From the NCBI GenBank assembly GCA_037128175.1, contig JBAXWY010000003.1:64001-128000 (forward strand): DNA of 64,000 nucleotides, in the 5' to 3' direction. Every line of letters begins with the position of its first letter. Position 1 is the stretch's first letter. The notes under the pieces are model-generated. The model had not been told where the DNA came from, did not search any database, and was given only the letters and a program-made list of their open reading frames with translations. Position numbers and translations under genes: made by a program. This DNA comes from Methanothrix sp. Lineage in GTDB: Archaea; Halobacteriota; Methanosarcinia; Methanotrichales; Methanotrichaceae. This document shows positions 1 through 9,967 of this stretch, in pieces.

Positions 1-1362
1 GGTGGGCTTGCCGATGACAGCGACTATGCCGGCGGCAAGCGCCAGACGTAGCTCCTTTTCCAGGCCCATGGCCCTGGCTCTCTCCATCAGATAGCGAGCG
101 GTAGAGGAGCTGGTAAAGGCAAAGATGTCCACACTTCTCGCCCTCTTTATCAGTTCGTCCAGGCGGGTGTCCCCGGAGGGCACAACCTCATAAAGGGCGA
201 TGTCATCCACAAATAGTCCCGCCGCCTTTAGTCCTTCTGAGAGATACAAGCTACCCTGCGCGCTGCGCAGGAAGAGAATGCTCCGGCATTTTCCCCGCAG
301 CATCTTCTCCATTCCTGCCGAGCTGTACTCCTCCGGCACCGCTGCCACTAAGCCCTGCTCGGCCAATGCCAGGGCGGTCTTGGGCCCAATGGCCACGATC
401 ATCTTTTCCGCCAATGCCTTGCCGATGGCCGGGCTATGCAGCGCCATCTTCACACCGTTGGCGCTGGTAAAAGCCACGCATTCTGCTCTTCTCAGCCGCT
501 CCAGCAGATCTTCGGGCAAAGGCTTTTCCAGCAGAGTGATGGCCGGAGCCTGGATCGGTGCGAAGCCGTAGCTCTCGGCCAGGGCCGCCGACTCCTTCTG
601 CTGTGCAGCGGGCCGAAGAATAGCGATCTTCTTTTGCCCTAACTTCTTCGCCAGCAAGACCACCTCGCCTACTACCAGTATGGCCGGCGACTCGATCCTC
701 GCCTCTTTAGCCTTTTCGGCTATATCGGCCAGCGTAGCTGAGATCATCCTTTGCTCCGGCCAGCCTCCCTTTTCTACCATGGCCGCCGGAGTTTGGGGCG
801 ATTTTCCGGCTTTAATCAGGGCCGCTACATTCTGCTCCAGGCGGGAGACGCCCATCAGTACTACTAAAGTTCCACCAATGGCGGCAATGGCCTCCCAGTC
901 CAGTGGCGTCTCCTTTCCCGGTTCCTCGTGGCCGGTCACAATGATCAGCGAAGAGGCCACACCCCGGTGGGTTACGGGAATTCCTGCCAGCTCGGGAGCG
1001 GCAATGGAGGAGGTCACGCCTGGCACAACCTCGAAGGGTATGCCTTTTTCCTGCAAGGCCAGCGCCTCCTCTCCGCCCCGGCCAAAGAGATAGGGATCTC
1101 CGCCCTTTAGCCGCACCACGATGTTTCCCGATTCCGCTTTCTCGATGAGAAGCTGGTTGATGCCCTCCTGAGTCAGCTTGTGTCTGCCCGCGTTCTTACC
1201 CACATCGATCAATTCCGCGTTAACCCCTTCCAGCATCCTGGGGTCAAGCAGCCGGTCGAATAAGACCACATCCGCAAGGCCAAGCAGCCTTTTCGCCTTC
1301 AAGGTCATGAGCTCGGGGTCGCCGGGTCCCGCTCCCACCAGATAAACCTTACCGCGTGCCAA
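1..1362 (-). CDS. cobA: Uroporphyrinogen-III C-methyltransferase / uroporphyrinogen-III synthase fusion (CobA-HemD), 3' end runs off the window
   Basis: Not in the ORF track; translated by hand from TTG at 1362: (M)ARGKVYLVGAGPGDPELMTLKAKRLL...VVRLKGGDP...SPAILVVGEVV, continuing in frame into HemD-like KIAILRP...GFAPIQAPAI. Overlaps the hemC stop. Confidence 0.9.
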   Translation of the reverse strand, partial: MARGKVYLVGAGPGDPELMTLKAKRLLGLADVVLFDRLLDPRMLEGVNAELIDVGKNAGRHKLTQEGINQLLIEKAESGNIVVRLKGGDPYLFGRGGEEALALQEKGIPFEVVPGVTSSIAAPELAGIPVTHRGVASSLIIVTGHEEPGKETPLDWEAIAAIGGTLVVLMGVSRLEQNVAALIKAGKSPQTPAAMVEKGGWPEQRMISATLADIAEKAKEARIESPAILVVGEVVLLAKKLGQKKIAILRPAAQQKESAALAESYGFAPIQAPAITLLEKPLPEDLLERLRRAECVAFTSANGVKMALHSPAIGKALAEKMIVAIGPKTALALAEQGLVAAVPEEYSSAGMEKMLRGKCRSILFLRSAQGSLYLSEGLKAAGLFVDDIALYEVVPSGDTRLDELIKRARSVDIFAFTSSSTARYLMERARAMGLEKELRLALAAGIVAVIGKPT

Positions 1363-2266
1363 ATTCCTTCACCGCCTCGTCTACCAGCTCTCTTCCGCCC
1401 ATCTTCATGAGCCTTCGCCCTATATCCTCTGCCCCGACCAGGGGATCTTCATGCAATGAGATATTTTCATCCAATCGCACAAACCTCTTGCCGTCCAAGG
1501 AGAGAACCTCAGCCAGGACACGTGCCTGGCCGTTGGAAACAATGGCGTGCACTGCCATAGGCACCACGCAGCCGCCTCCTACCGTCTCCAGGATCTTGCG
1601 CTCGATCATGGTCTCAGCTCTGCTGTGCGCATCATCCAGTGATCGGGAATAAAATTCAGCCTTCGACCCCTTCCTGGCTACGACTATTATCGTTCCCTGG
1701 TTGGCAGAGGGAACGAACCTCTCCCCATCCAGTCGCACATAATCATTTTCCAGCCCCATCCTCTCGAGACCAGCCTTGGCCAGGACTATGGCGTCGTACT
1801 CTCCCTCATCCAGTTTGCGCATTCTTGTTTGCAGATTTCCTCGCAAGTTTGTTATCAACAGATCAGGCCTGGCCCGGCGTAGCTGCGCCGTGCGCCGCAT
1901 GCTGGAGGTGCCTACGGTTGCGCCTTTCTTTAGCTCTTCTAAACTTTTCGTCGAGCTGTCCCGGCAGAGCATTATATCGTAGGGCGAATCGCGTTTCAAG
2001 ATCGCACAGATCGTCAGCTCTTCCGGCCTTTTTGTGGGCAGGTCCTTCATGCTGTGCACGGCTAAATCGATCTCGCCGCTGAGCATGCGTTCGTCAATCT
2101 CTGCCACAAAGACGCCAAAACCGGTCAGTTGGTGCAAAGGCTTGTCCAGGAAGACATCCCCGCTGGTCTTTACTAAGATCAGCTCCGTTTCTACGCCCAG
2201 GGATTGAAGCCTATCCCGCACAATCTGTGTCTGGCGAAGTGCCAGAGGGCTACCCCGGCTGCCCAC
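1349..2266 (-). CDS. hemC: Hydroxymethylbilane synthase (porphobilinogen deaminase)
   Basis: GSRGSPLALRQ, AVHSMKDLP, GTSSMRR, RGNLQTR, cofactor Cys in GGGCVVP. Confidence 0.97.
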   Translation of the reverse strand: MGSRGSPLALRQTQIVRDRLQSLGVETELILVKTSGDVFLDKPLHQLTGFGVFVAEIDERMLSGEIDLAVHSMKDLPTKRPEELTICAILKRDSPYDIMLCRDSSTKSLEELKKGATVGTSSMRRTAQLRRARPDLLITNLRGNLQTRMRKLDEGEYDAIVLAKAGLERMGLENDYVRLDGERFVPSANQGTIIVVARKGSKAEFYSRSLDDAHSRAETMIERKILETVGGGCVVPMAVHAIVSNGQARVLAEVLSLDGKRFVRLDENISLHEDPLVGAEDIGRRLMKMGGRELVDEAVKEFGTR

Positions 2267-2268
2267 GA

Positions 2269-3537
2269 TCAGCTTTTCAGACAGGACTTAATCGCCTCCA
2301 GAGTGGTTTGTATGACTTCTGGGCTATGGGCTGCCGATATGAAATCAGTTTCATACTGGCTGGGGGTAAGGAAAATGCCGGCATCGAGCATGCGACGGAA
2401 AAAGGCCAGATAGCCAGTCTTGTCGCATTTCAGGGCCTGGGTATAATTATGTGGCTCCTCTCCAAAGAATATCTTGAACATGGAGGCGATGCCGACAACG
2501 CTGTAGCCCAGCCGCAGGTCGTCTACAATCTCTTGCAGCCCTTTTCTCATCTGCATTCCAGTGTCATTGAGCTTCTCTAGAACATTTTCCTTCTCCATGA
2601 TGTCCAGGGTGGCCATGCCGGCAGCCAAGGAGACGGGACTGCCGTTGAAGGTTCCTGCCTGGTAGATGCCGCCAATGGGCGCCACCTGCTCCATCAGATC
2701 GCGCCGGCCGCCAAAGATGCCCACGGGAAAGCCCCCCCCGATGATCTTGCCTAAAGTGGTGAGATCAGGCTTTATGCCAAAGTGCTCTTGAGCTCCACCC
2801 AGGGATAGCCGGAAGCCGGTTATGACCTCGTCGAAGATGAGAAGCACATCATGCTCCTCGGTAAGATGCCGCACGCCTTCCAGGTAGCCCGATTCTGGCA
2901 GCACCGGACCGATGTTGCCCAGGACGGGCTCCATGATCAGGCAGGCGATCTGGCCGGGATTGCTCCGGAGCACGCTCTCCAGGGCCTCCAGATCATTGTA
3001 GGGCACCTGCAAAGTGTTCTTGGCCGTGTCCGCAGGCACGCCCCGTGAATCTGGAATGCCCAAGGTTGTGGCCCCCGAGCCGGCCTTCACCAGGACGCTG
3101 TCATGTGCCCCGTGAAAGCCGCCCTCGATCTTGATGATTTTATCCCGGCCTGTAGCGCCGCGCGCCACGCGAATGGCCGCCATGGTGGCCTCCGTGCCGG
3201 AGCTGACGAAGCGGAGCATTTCCATGCTGGGGTAAAGCCGGGTGATCCTATCTGCGGCGGCAACCTCCAGTTCGGATGGCGTTCCATAAAGCCAGCCGCG
3301 GGTCATCTGATCAGTCACGGCCCGGACAATGGCGGGATGGCGGTGGCCCAGGATCATTGGTCCGTATGCTAAGCAGTAATCGATGAACCGGTTCCCGTCC
3401 GCGTCCCATAGATAGGGGCCATCTGCTCTGGCCGTGTAAAATGGGCAGGGTGAGATGGCGCGCACGGGGCTGGATACGCCGCCGGGCATCAGCTTTTTGG
3501 CGCAATCAAATAGCCGGATGGAAGAATTAAGATGCAT
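2269..3537 (-). CDS. hemL: Glutamate-1-semialdehyde 2,1-aminomutase
   Basis: [34 protein letters not shown] lysine in LGKIIGGG. Start taken at ATG 3537 (track ORF starts 3570). Confidence 0.97.
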   Translation of the reverse strand: MHLNSSIRLFDCAKKLMPGGVSSPVRAISPCPFYTARADGPYLWDADGNRFIDYCLAYGPMILGHRHPAIVRAVTDQMTRGWLYGTPSELEVAAADRITRLYPSMEMLRFVSSGTEATMAAIRVARGATGRDKIIKIEGGFHGAHDSVLVKAGSGATTLGIPDSRGVPADTAKNTLQVPYNDLEALESVLRSNPGQIACLIMEPVLGNIGPVLPESGYLEGVRHLTEEHDVLLIFDEVITGFRLSLGGAQEHFGIKPDLTTLGKIIGGGFPVGIFGGRRDLMEQVAPIGGIYQAGTFNGSPVSLAAGMATLDIMEKENVLEKLNDTGMQMRKGLQEIVDDLRLGYSVVGIASMFKIFFGEEPHNYTQALKCDKTGYLAFFRRMLDAGIFLTPSQYETDFISAAHSPEVIQTTLEAIKSCLKS

Positions 3538-3804
3538 GAGAAGTGCTACCCTGCGGGGCAGATTAATCAAACTTGCGAGCCGTCAGGCCATTTGTATTCT
3601 TTATAATTCGTTCTATACAGATGCTCTTTCCGTCTCAGGCCTGCTGCTACTATTATTATTTACGAAAAGTATATATAATATCAACTACAACTCTAACTAT
3701 ATTAGTATTATAAGTAAGTGATGAGAATTAATGCGGCTAAATAGGCGAGCTGGTCAGGCAGCATAGTAATAAAATAAGATATATGTTAGAAGGGATGGCA
3801 CGAA

Positions 3805-5016
3805 TTAGGGGTTTGCTGCCCGCCACCCCGCCTCTTCCACTTTTTGGATGACCGTGCGTAGCGGCTGATTTGTCTCATCAGCTATTCTCTTGCAGTCTTC
3901 ATACTCGGGCTTGACGCTCAAAAGCTCGCCATCCATGCGGCTCACCTTAACCGGAACCTGGTAGATGCAGCCGGAAAATTCCACCTGCACAAGCCTTTGC
4001 TCCCGCTCCGCTACCAGGCGGTGAATGCTGGGAAAAACACGCACGCCCAGGGAGCCCGTCTCCCTGATTATTATTTTGGCCAGCAATTCCGTATCCTCTG
4101 CCCCGGCAATGGCCCGGATCACAAATCCGGCGCGTCCTTTCTTCATAAGGGCAGGAAGAATGGACACATCCAGGGCCCCGGCCTGCATGAGCTTTTCTAT
4201 CAAATGACCCAGCACCTCGCCCGTCACATCGTCCACATTGGTCTCCAGCTGCACAATGCGGTTCCCGTGCGTTTCGTGATTTGGCCTTGCCTTCGCAGGG
4301 AGCGTTTCCGCAACCATGGCCCGCAGCACATTGGGCAGGATCAGCTCCTTTTTGCCTGCGCCGTAGCCCACCCTCTCCGCTCGGATGAGGGGGAAGTCCT
4401 GCACAAATTCGTCGACCAGAGTTGCCAGCAGGGCCGCGCCCGTCGGCGTTAGCAGCTCCTCTTCTACCGGGCCTCCTTTCCAGGGGATCTCGTGAGATCG
4501 CAAGATCTCCATTGCCGCCGGCCCCGGTACGGCAAGCAGGCCGTGCGCCGACGCCGCGTAGCCGCCGCCCACAGATACCGGTCGGGAAAAAACGCGCTCT
4601 GCAGCCAGGCTTTGCAGCGCGGCAGAGGATCCGGCGATGTCGGCCAGCGCATCCAGGGCGCCAATCTCATGAAACCGAACATGTTGCGCGGCCACGCCGT
4701 GCACCCGGCCTTCGGCTTCAGCCAGGGTGTTCAGGGCAGAAAAGGCGTTTTCCAGGGCATTTCCCTGCAGGCTGGAGCCCTGCAAAATGGATTTGGCCTC
4801 GTCCAGGGATTGGTATCTTTTATCCGAGATCACATGAGCCCGACAGGCCATAATGTGGCTCTTTTCCTGGCGGGAGACCTCAAGGCTGCAGCCCACCGAC
4901 TGGACCGCTTCGCGGACAGCGTCGACATCCGCCCCAAGGTCCAGGAGAGAGGCCATTATCATGTCTCCGGAGGCTCCAGCGCTGGGGTCGAAGAAGAGGA
5001 CTTTCATAGCCCGCAT
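3805..5016 (-). CDS. larC: Nickel pincer cofactor biosynthesis protein LarC
   Basis: GASGDM, AEAEGRVHG, HFHE-like RFHEIGALD, TPTGAA, LETNVDD, MKKGR, KPEYEDC. Confidence 0.92.
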   Translation of the reverse strand: MRAMKVLFFDPSAGASGDMIMASLLDLGADVDAVREAVQSVGCSLEVSRQEKSHIMACRAHVISDKRYQSLDEAKSILQGSSLQGNALENAFSALNTLAEAEGRVHGVAAQHVRFHEIGALDALADIAGSSAALQSLAAERVFSRPVSVGGGYAASAHGLLAVPGPAAMEILRSHEIPWKGGPVEEELLTPTGAALLATLVDEFVQDFPLIRAERVGYGAGKKELILPNVLRAMVAETLPAKARPNHETHGNRIVQLETNVDDVTGEVLGHLIEKLMQAGALDVSILPALMKKGRAGFVIRAIAGAEDTELLAKIIIRETGSLGVRVFPSIHRLVAEREQRLVQVEFSGCIYQVPVKVSRMDGELLSVKPEYEDCKRIADETNQPLRTVIQKVEEAGWRAANP

Positions 5017-5055
5017 TATCTTGCTAAGCCGTTAAATACAAATTGGTCATAGCGA

Positions 5056-6624
5056 TCACTTTTTCCAGAACTCCGGTAACAGCAGCACCAGAGCCGTCAC
5101 TATCTCCAATCGCCCGATCCACATGCAAAAGAAGAGCAGCATCTTTCCGGCGGGATGGACCTCTGCGAAGCTGAATGTTGGCCCTACCATGCCAAAGCCC
5201 GGCCCCACGTTGCCAAGTGTGGTGGCGACAGCTGAAAGAATGGTCTCAATGGTCATGCGCGGTTCATTATAGGAGATGATGGCCAAAAGCAGCGATGCCA
5301 TGGCGAAGATAAAGATATACGTGGCCACAAATATGTTGCTGGGCCGGAGAATTTCGTCCTTTACCGGGACACCGCCCAGCTTGAGAGGAATGACCGCCTT
5401 GGGGTGAAGGACATGGAGCAGCTCCCGGTATCCGCTCTTTAATACTAATAGTATTCTTACAACCTTTATGGCACCACCAGTGGAGCCGGCGCATGCGCCG
5501 ATGATCATAAGCGACAGCAATGTGTACTTGGCAGCTGCCGTCCACTGATCGAAGTTGTCTGTGGCAAAGCCGGTGGTAGTCATAATGGTGACCACCTGGA
5601 AGCCGGCCAACTGGATCTTTCTAAAGATATCTCCCTCCAATCCGCCCCAGAGGATGATGATTGCCGTCGTCGCCAGCACGATCAGTGTATAGAATCTGAA
5701 CTCGGGATCCCTGAACAGAGCTTTTCGATCGGAGTTAAGCACTCTGTAGTGCAGGGCGAAGTTGGCTCCGGCTAAGAAACAGAACAGAGTGATGATGGCA
5801 TCGATGATCCAGCTCTTGTAGGCCATGATGCTCTGGCTCTGGGGTGAGAAGCCGCCCGTGGCCATGGAGGCAAAGGTATTGCAAAAAGAGTCGAAGAGGG
5901 GCATTTTTGCCAGGTAGAGAAGCACAATCTGGGCTATGGTCAAAAGGATGTAGACCACCCAGAGCAAACGGGCAGTCTGCTTAATGCGCGGCGTCAGGGC
6001 ATCCTTGTCCGGGCCGGGTACCTCTGCCCGGTAGAGCTGGCGTCCCGCCACGCCCAGGCGGGGCAGTATGGCTACGAATAATAGTATTATCCCCATTCCG
6101 CCCAGCCATTGGGCAAAGGACCTCCAGAAGAGCAGTCCCATGTAGGTCTTATCTATACGGCCGCTGATCTGGGGCAATGTGCCGTTGGCCGTCAGGCTCC
6201 CTAAGCCCAGCTCCAGGTGGTGCGCCAGGCTGCTGTTGGCCAGAGTCGAATTGATGATCCAGTACCCTTGGGCATTCGATTCAGTGAGTATGGAGGAGCC
6301 GGTGGTGGTAAAGGCGGACATGGACTCGAAGAGGCCGTCGATGAGGCCGGTGCCCAGGAAGACGTAAGGCAAGGCGCCAAAGAAGGCCGCTCCCAGCCAG
6401 CCCAAAGAGACAAGGGCAAAGCCCTCTTTGAGGCCCGGTTCCTCCTTGGTGGAGAGCCTTCCTAAAATTATGCCTGTGGCGAGAGTAAGAAGAGAGGTTA
6501 AGGCAAAGGCGATGACGCCACCTGTCTCTCCATAATAGGCGGCAACGGCTCCTGGTATCAGCAGCAATACCGCCAAAATCTTAAGAAGTGACGCAAATAG
6601 CCGAAGAAATACCCTGATTCTCAT
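5056..6624 (-). CDS. trkH: Trk potassium uptake membrane subunit TrkH (copy 1)
   Basis: FESMSAFTTTG, LFWRSFAQWLGGMG, ATGGFS, MTTTGF, GACAGSTGG, LGNVGPG, MWIGRLE. Likely start MRIRVF at 6624. Confidence 0.95.
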   Translation of the reverse strand: MRIRVFLRLFASLLKILAVLLLIPGAVAAYYGETGGVIAFALTSLLTLATGIILGRLSTKEEPGLKEGFALVSLGWLGAAFFGALPYVFLGTGLIDGLFESMSAFTTTGSSILTESNAQGYWIINSTLANSSLAHHLELGLGSLTANGTLPQISGRIDKTYMGLLFWRSFAQWLGGMGIILLFVAILPRLGVAGRQLYRAEVPGPDKDALTPRIKQTARLLWVVYILLTIAQIVLLYLAKMPLFDSFCNTFASMATGGFSPQSQSIMAYKSWIIDAIITLFCFLAGANFALHYRVLNSDRKALFRDPEFRFYTLIVLATTAIIILWGGLEGDIFRKIQLAGFQVVTIMTTTGFATDNFDQWTAAAKYTLLSLMIIGACAGSTGGAIKVVRILLVLKSGYRELLHVLHPKAVIPLKLGGVPVKDEILRPSNIFVATYIFIFAMASLLLAIISYNEPRMTIETILSAVATTLGNVGPGFGMVGPTFSFAEVHPAGKMLLFFCMWIGRLEIVTALVLLLPEFWKK

Positions 6625-6716
6625 CGAATAATAACACCCCAGAGGACCTGAGGGCATCCTCCTTTTGTCGGCAACTCTCCTTTCTCCCTGCTATAAAAAA
6701 TATGTGCTGGATTGAA

Positions 6717-8036
6717 TCAGGATACGAAGAGCTTCTTTACCTTGGAGACGACCTCCGGCATAGACATCACAAAGACGCGGTCTCCTTCCTTGACCTTGAA
6801 GCCTTCATCGGGCATCATAGGTTTTCCGTCTCTCAAGATCATGCCCACCATGGAATCCTTGGGCAGCTCTTTGGAGATGCTCTTTCCTATGATTTTGGCT
6901 CCAGCCTTGGCTATGAAATCCACCAGCTCCATCCGCTCGTCGCTGAGAGTGATCACCTCTTCTCCTCCGCTCACCCTCTGCAGCACGGCATCCGCAGTTA
7001 CCTGCCCTGGGCTGACTGCTCTGTCCACTCCTACCAGCTCGAAGAGCTTGATGTAATCGTATCTGTTTACCCGGGAGAGGATTTTCTTTGCACCCAGTTG
7101 CTTGGCAAGCAGTGAGCAGAGCAGGTTCTTTTCATCCAGGCCGGTGACAGCGAAGACCACATCCATATATTCAGCACCCTCTTCTTTTAAGAGCGAGATA
7201 TCAGTTCCGTCTCCATTGAGAATCATTGTACTGGAGAGCTTTTCTGCAATCTCTATGCATCGCTCTGTATTTACTTCGATCAGTTTCACATCCAGTCCCA
7301 TCTTCTCCAGCCGGCTTGCCAGGTAAAATCCAACCATTCCACCACCTACGATCAGGGCCTTATGTGGTGAGGACTCTTCGTGAAGCATTCTTCTCAGTTT
7401 GGGAAGCGATTTAGGGTCGCAAAGGAGGAAGATGTGATCACCGTAAATGATCGGATCTCCCTGCAAAGGTATGCTGATATCTCCCTTTCTGTTTATGGCC
7501 ATGATTTTGCAGCCATCCGGAAGGTTGACCTTGACCTCACCCACTGGCCCCTGCAGAGGCATTTCCTCGGTGACCTTGAACTCGATCAGCTCGACCTTGC
7601 CCCCTGCCAGTTCCCTATCCAGGAGCATGGATGGAAAATACAGAGATCTTGCCATATCCTCTGCCATGGCCAACTCCGGACAGATCATGAAGCTTATGCC
7701 GATCTCTTTTCGATCCTGAACCGGCTGATCAATATACTCTGGATTGCTGACTCTGGCAATGGTCTGGCGCACGCCTAGATGGCTGGCTATGATGCAGGTG
7801 ATCACATTCACCTCATCGTTGCCGGTCACAGCTACGACTATATCCGCTTTATTGATGCCGGCCATAATGAGCAGACGGGCATTGGCGGAATTGCCCTGCA
7901 AGACCTTAACGTCCATGTCCTGCAGCCTGGCACAGGCAGCCGGGTCCTTGTCTATGACGGTTACATCATGATCCGCGTAAAGCTCGCTGGCTATGAGAAA
8001 ACCTACCTCGCCAGCTCCGGTAATCAAGATACGCAT
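6717..8036 (-). CDS. trkA: Trk system RCK regulatory subunit TrkA
   Basis: Two Rossmann motifs (ITGAGEVG, IVGGGMVG), each followed by an RCK-C domain; lies between two trkH genes. Confidence 0.95.
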   Translation of the reverse strand: MRILITGAGEVGFLIASELYADHDVTVIDKDPAACARLQDMDVKVLQGNSANARLLIMAGINKADIVVAVTGNDEVNVITCIIASHLGVRQTIARVSNPEYIDQPVQDRKEIGISFMICPELAMAEDMARSLYFPSMLLDRELAGGKVELIEFKVTEEMPLQGPVGEVKVNLPDGCKIMAINRKGDISIPLQGDPIIYGDHIFLLCDPKSLPKLRRMLHEESSPHKALIVGGGMVGFYLASRLEKMGLDVKLIEVNTERCIEIAEKLSSTMILNGDGTDISLLKEEGAEYMDVVFAVTGLDEKNLLCSLLAKQLGAKKILSRVNRYDYIKLFELVGVDRAVSPGQVTADAVLQRVSGGEEVITLSDERMELVDFIAKAGAKIIGKSISKELPKDSMVGMILRDGKPMMPDEGFKVKEGDRVFVMSMPEVVSKVKKLFVS

Positions 8037-8037
8037 G

Positions 8038-9600
8038 TTATTTCCTCCACAGTTCTGGAATAAATAATAAGAATATGGGCATCAGCTCCAGCCGGCCGAT
8101 GTACATGGCAAAGAAGCCGATCATTTTGCCAGCATCCGATATTTGCGACCAATCAAAGGTGATAATGCCAAAGCCCGGACCCACGCCCCCCATGCAGGAA
8201 GCTATGCCTGCGGCCACGACTTGCAGATCCACTCGTGGGTCGCCGGACGAGACCATGGCCAGTAGCAGAGATAGAGCCAGCCAGATTGCCAGGTAGAAGA
8301 AGGAGTAGAAGAGCATGGGCCGAAGAACCTCTTCCTGCACACGAGCCTCACCAAGACGCACTGACATCACTGCACGAGGATGAATCATATGGCGAAGTTC
8401 GTTGTAGGCGTATTTCAGGCCCACCAGAAGCCTTCCTACTTTGATGCCTCCGGCAGTCGAGCCGATGCAGCCTCCGATGAGCATGACCATAATCAAAGCC
8501 AGCTTTGCCGCGGTGGTCCATTTATCATAATCCAGCGAATTGACAAAGCCGCACGTTCCCATGAATGATATAACCTGGAAAGATGCAAACCGGAAGCGTT
8601 CTGCCAGATCCCCATCTATCCCGCCGAAGAAGAGCAGGACCGCGGTGGCTATTGCCAGGACAATGATCATGAACCTGAATTCTTCGTCTTTAAGCCAGGC
8701 CAGCCGGTCTGAGGTGAGGGCTTTGTAGTGCAGCGTTAAGCTGGACATGCCAAGGACTATAAAAACTGCGACAATTGCTTCGATAATAGGGCTATTGTAG
8801 GCGGCGATACTGGATGCCTGGGGAGAGAAGCCGCCTGTGGCCAGGGTAGAGAAAGCTGTGCACACGGCATCGTAAAAAGGCATGCCTGCTGCGTAAAGTA
8901 GTATTATCTGCAGGCCATTGAAGAGCAGATACACCTTCCAGAGAATTCTGGCAGTGGCAGTGGCCCGCGGCGTGATGGTCTCCTTGGATGGCCCTACCGT
9001 CTCGGCCCGGTAGAGCTGGAGGCCGGCGACGCGCAGTTGGGGAAAGATGGCCACCACCATCAAAATTATGCCCAGACCTCCGATGAGCTGCTGGAAAGAG
9101 CGCCAGAAGAGCAGGCCATAAAATGTCTGGCTATTTATGGCCTGGAAGGCGATATTGTAGCCCGCCATGTCGCCTGTCACCCCATTAATAAGAGCGGTGC
9201 AGATACTATTATTGACCAGAGTGGAATTGACAATGTAGTACCCTCTGGCGTTTGACTCTACAAGGATCGTAGCTCCAGTTGCCGAGAAGCCTGATACCGA
9301 CTCGAAGAGGGCATCGACTGGCCCCAGGCCCTGAAATACAAAGGGCAAAGCCCCGAAGAACGTGGCAGCGAGCCATCCCAAAGAGACGGCAGCGAAGGCC
9401 TCTTTATTGCCCACGTCTCCTTTTGTCCCCAGCCGACCGAGGATGATGCCCGCGCCTATGGAGAGCAGAGAAGTCAGGGCAAAGGCGGCAATTCCACTGG
9501 TTTCATGGTAGTAGGCAGAGACTAATCCCGGCACTAAGAGCAACAAACCCATGATCTTCAGCACGGTGCCGATAATATCAAAGACGATTCTGAGCTTCAT
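8038..9600 (-). CDS. trkH: TrkH paralog (copy 2) with divergent pore loops
   Basis: LFESVSGFSATGAT, LFWRSF, ATGGFS, GSTAGGIK, MYIGRLE. Confidence 0.92.
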   Translation of the reverse strand: MKLRIVFDIIGTVLKIMGLLLLVPGLVSAYYHETSGIAAFALTSLLSIGAGIILGRLGTKGDVGNKEAFAAVSLGWLAATFFGALPFVFQGLGPVDALFESVSGFSATGATILVESNARGYYIVNSTLVNNSICTALINGVTGDMAGYNIAFQAINSQTFYGLLFWRSFQQLIGGLGIILMVVAIFPQLRVAGLQLYRAETVGPSKETITPRATATARILWKVYLLFNGLQIILLYAAGMPFYDAVCTAFSTLATGGFSPQASSIAAYNSPIIEAIVAVFIVLGMSSLTLHYKALTSDRLAWLKDEEFRFMIIVLAIATAVLLFFGGIDGDLAERFRFASFQVISFMGTCGFVNSLDYDKWTTAAKLALIMVMLIGGCIGSTAGGIKVGRLLVGLKYAYNELRHMIHPRAVMSVRLGEARVQEEVLRPMLFYSFFYLAIWLALSLLLAMVSSGDPRVDLQVVAAGIASCMGGVGPGFGIITFDWSQISDAGKMIGFFAMYIGRLELMPIFLLFIPELWRK

Positions 9601-9967
9601 TCTCCCTCACGCTATTCAAGCCTAGGGTTCAAGCTTTAAGAGCGTAGAACTAGGTTCGAGCATATAGGAATTGATACACCATATTCCTGTAGAGAAAAAA
9701 GATCCCTCTAGCGGATCATAGCAGCATCCTACGGCATCCATCCTGGCGCGGATGGATTGGCCGCTAATGTCTCTTGTCATGATTAAATGGTAGCTGAATT
9801 TTTTCAAAGTTTCAAACCTCTGTCAACTGCCCATTGGAGAGTTTTCATGCCGCGGATAAATTGGCATCCTGGCGAAAGCTGTAGTCACACATCCCTCCAG
9901 TGTGCAATTGATTCCATCTGAGGCTCGCCGTAGTAGCGATCTTAGGATATAAAAGTTTCCGTTTAAT

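Noticed and set aside
9902-9914. GTGCAATTGATTC also present at about 63207 upstream of the cas genes
   Set aside because: A single 13-bp match can arise by chance in 64 kb, and there is no functional link
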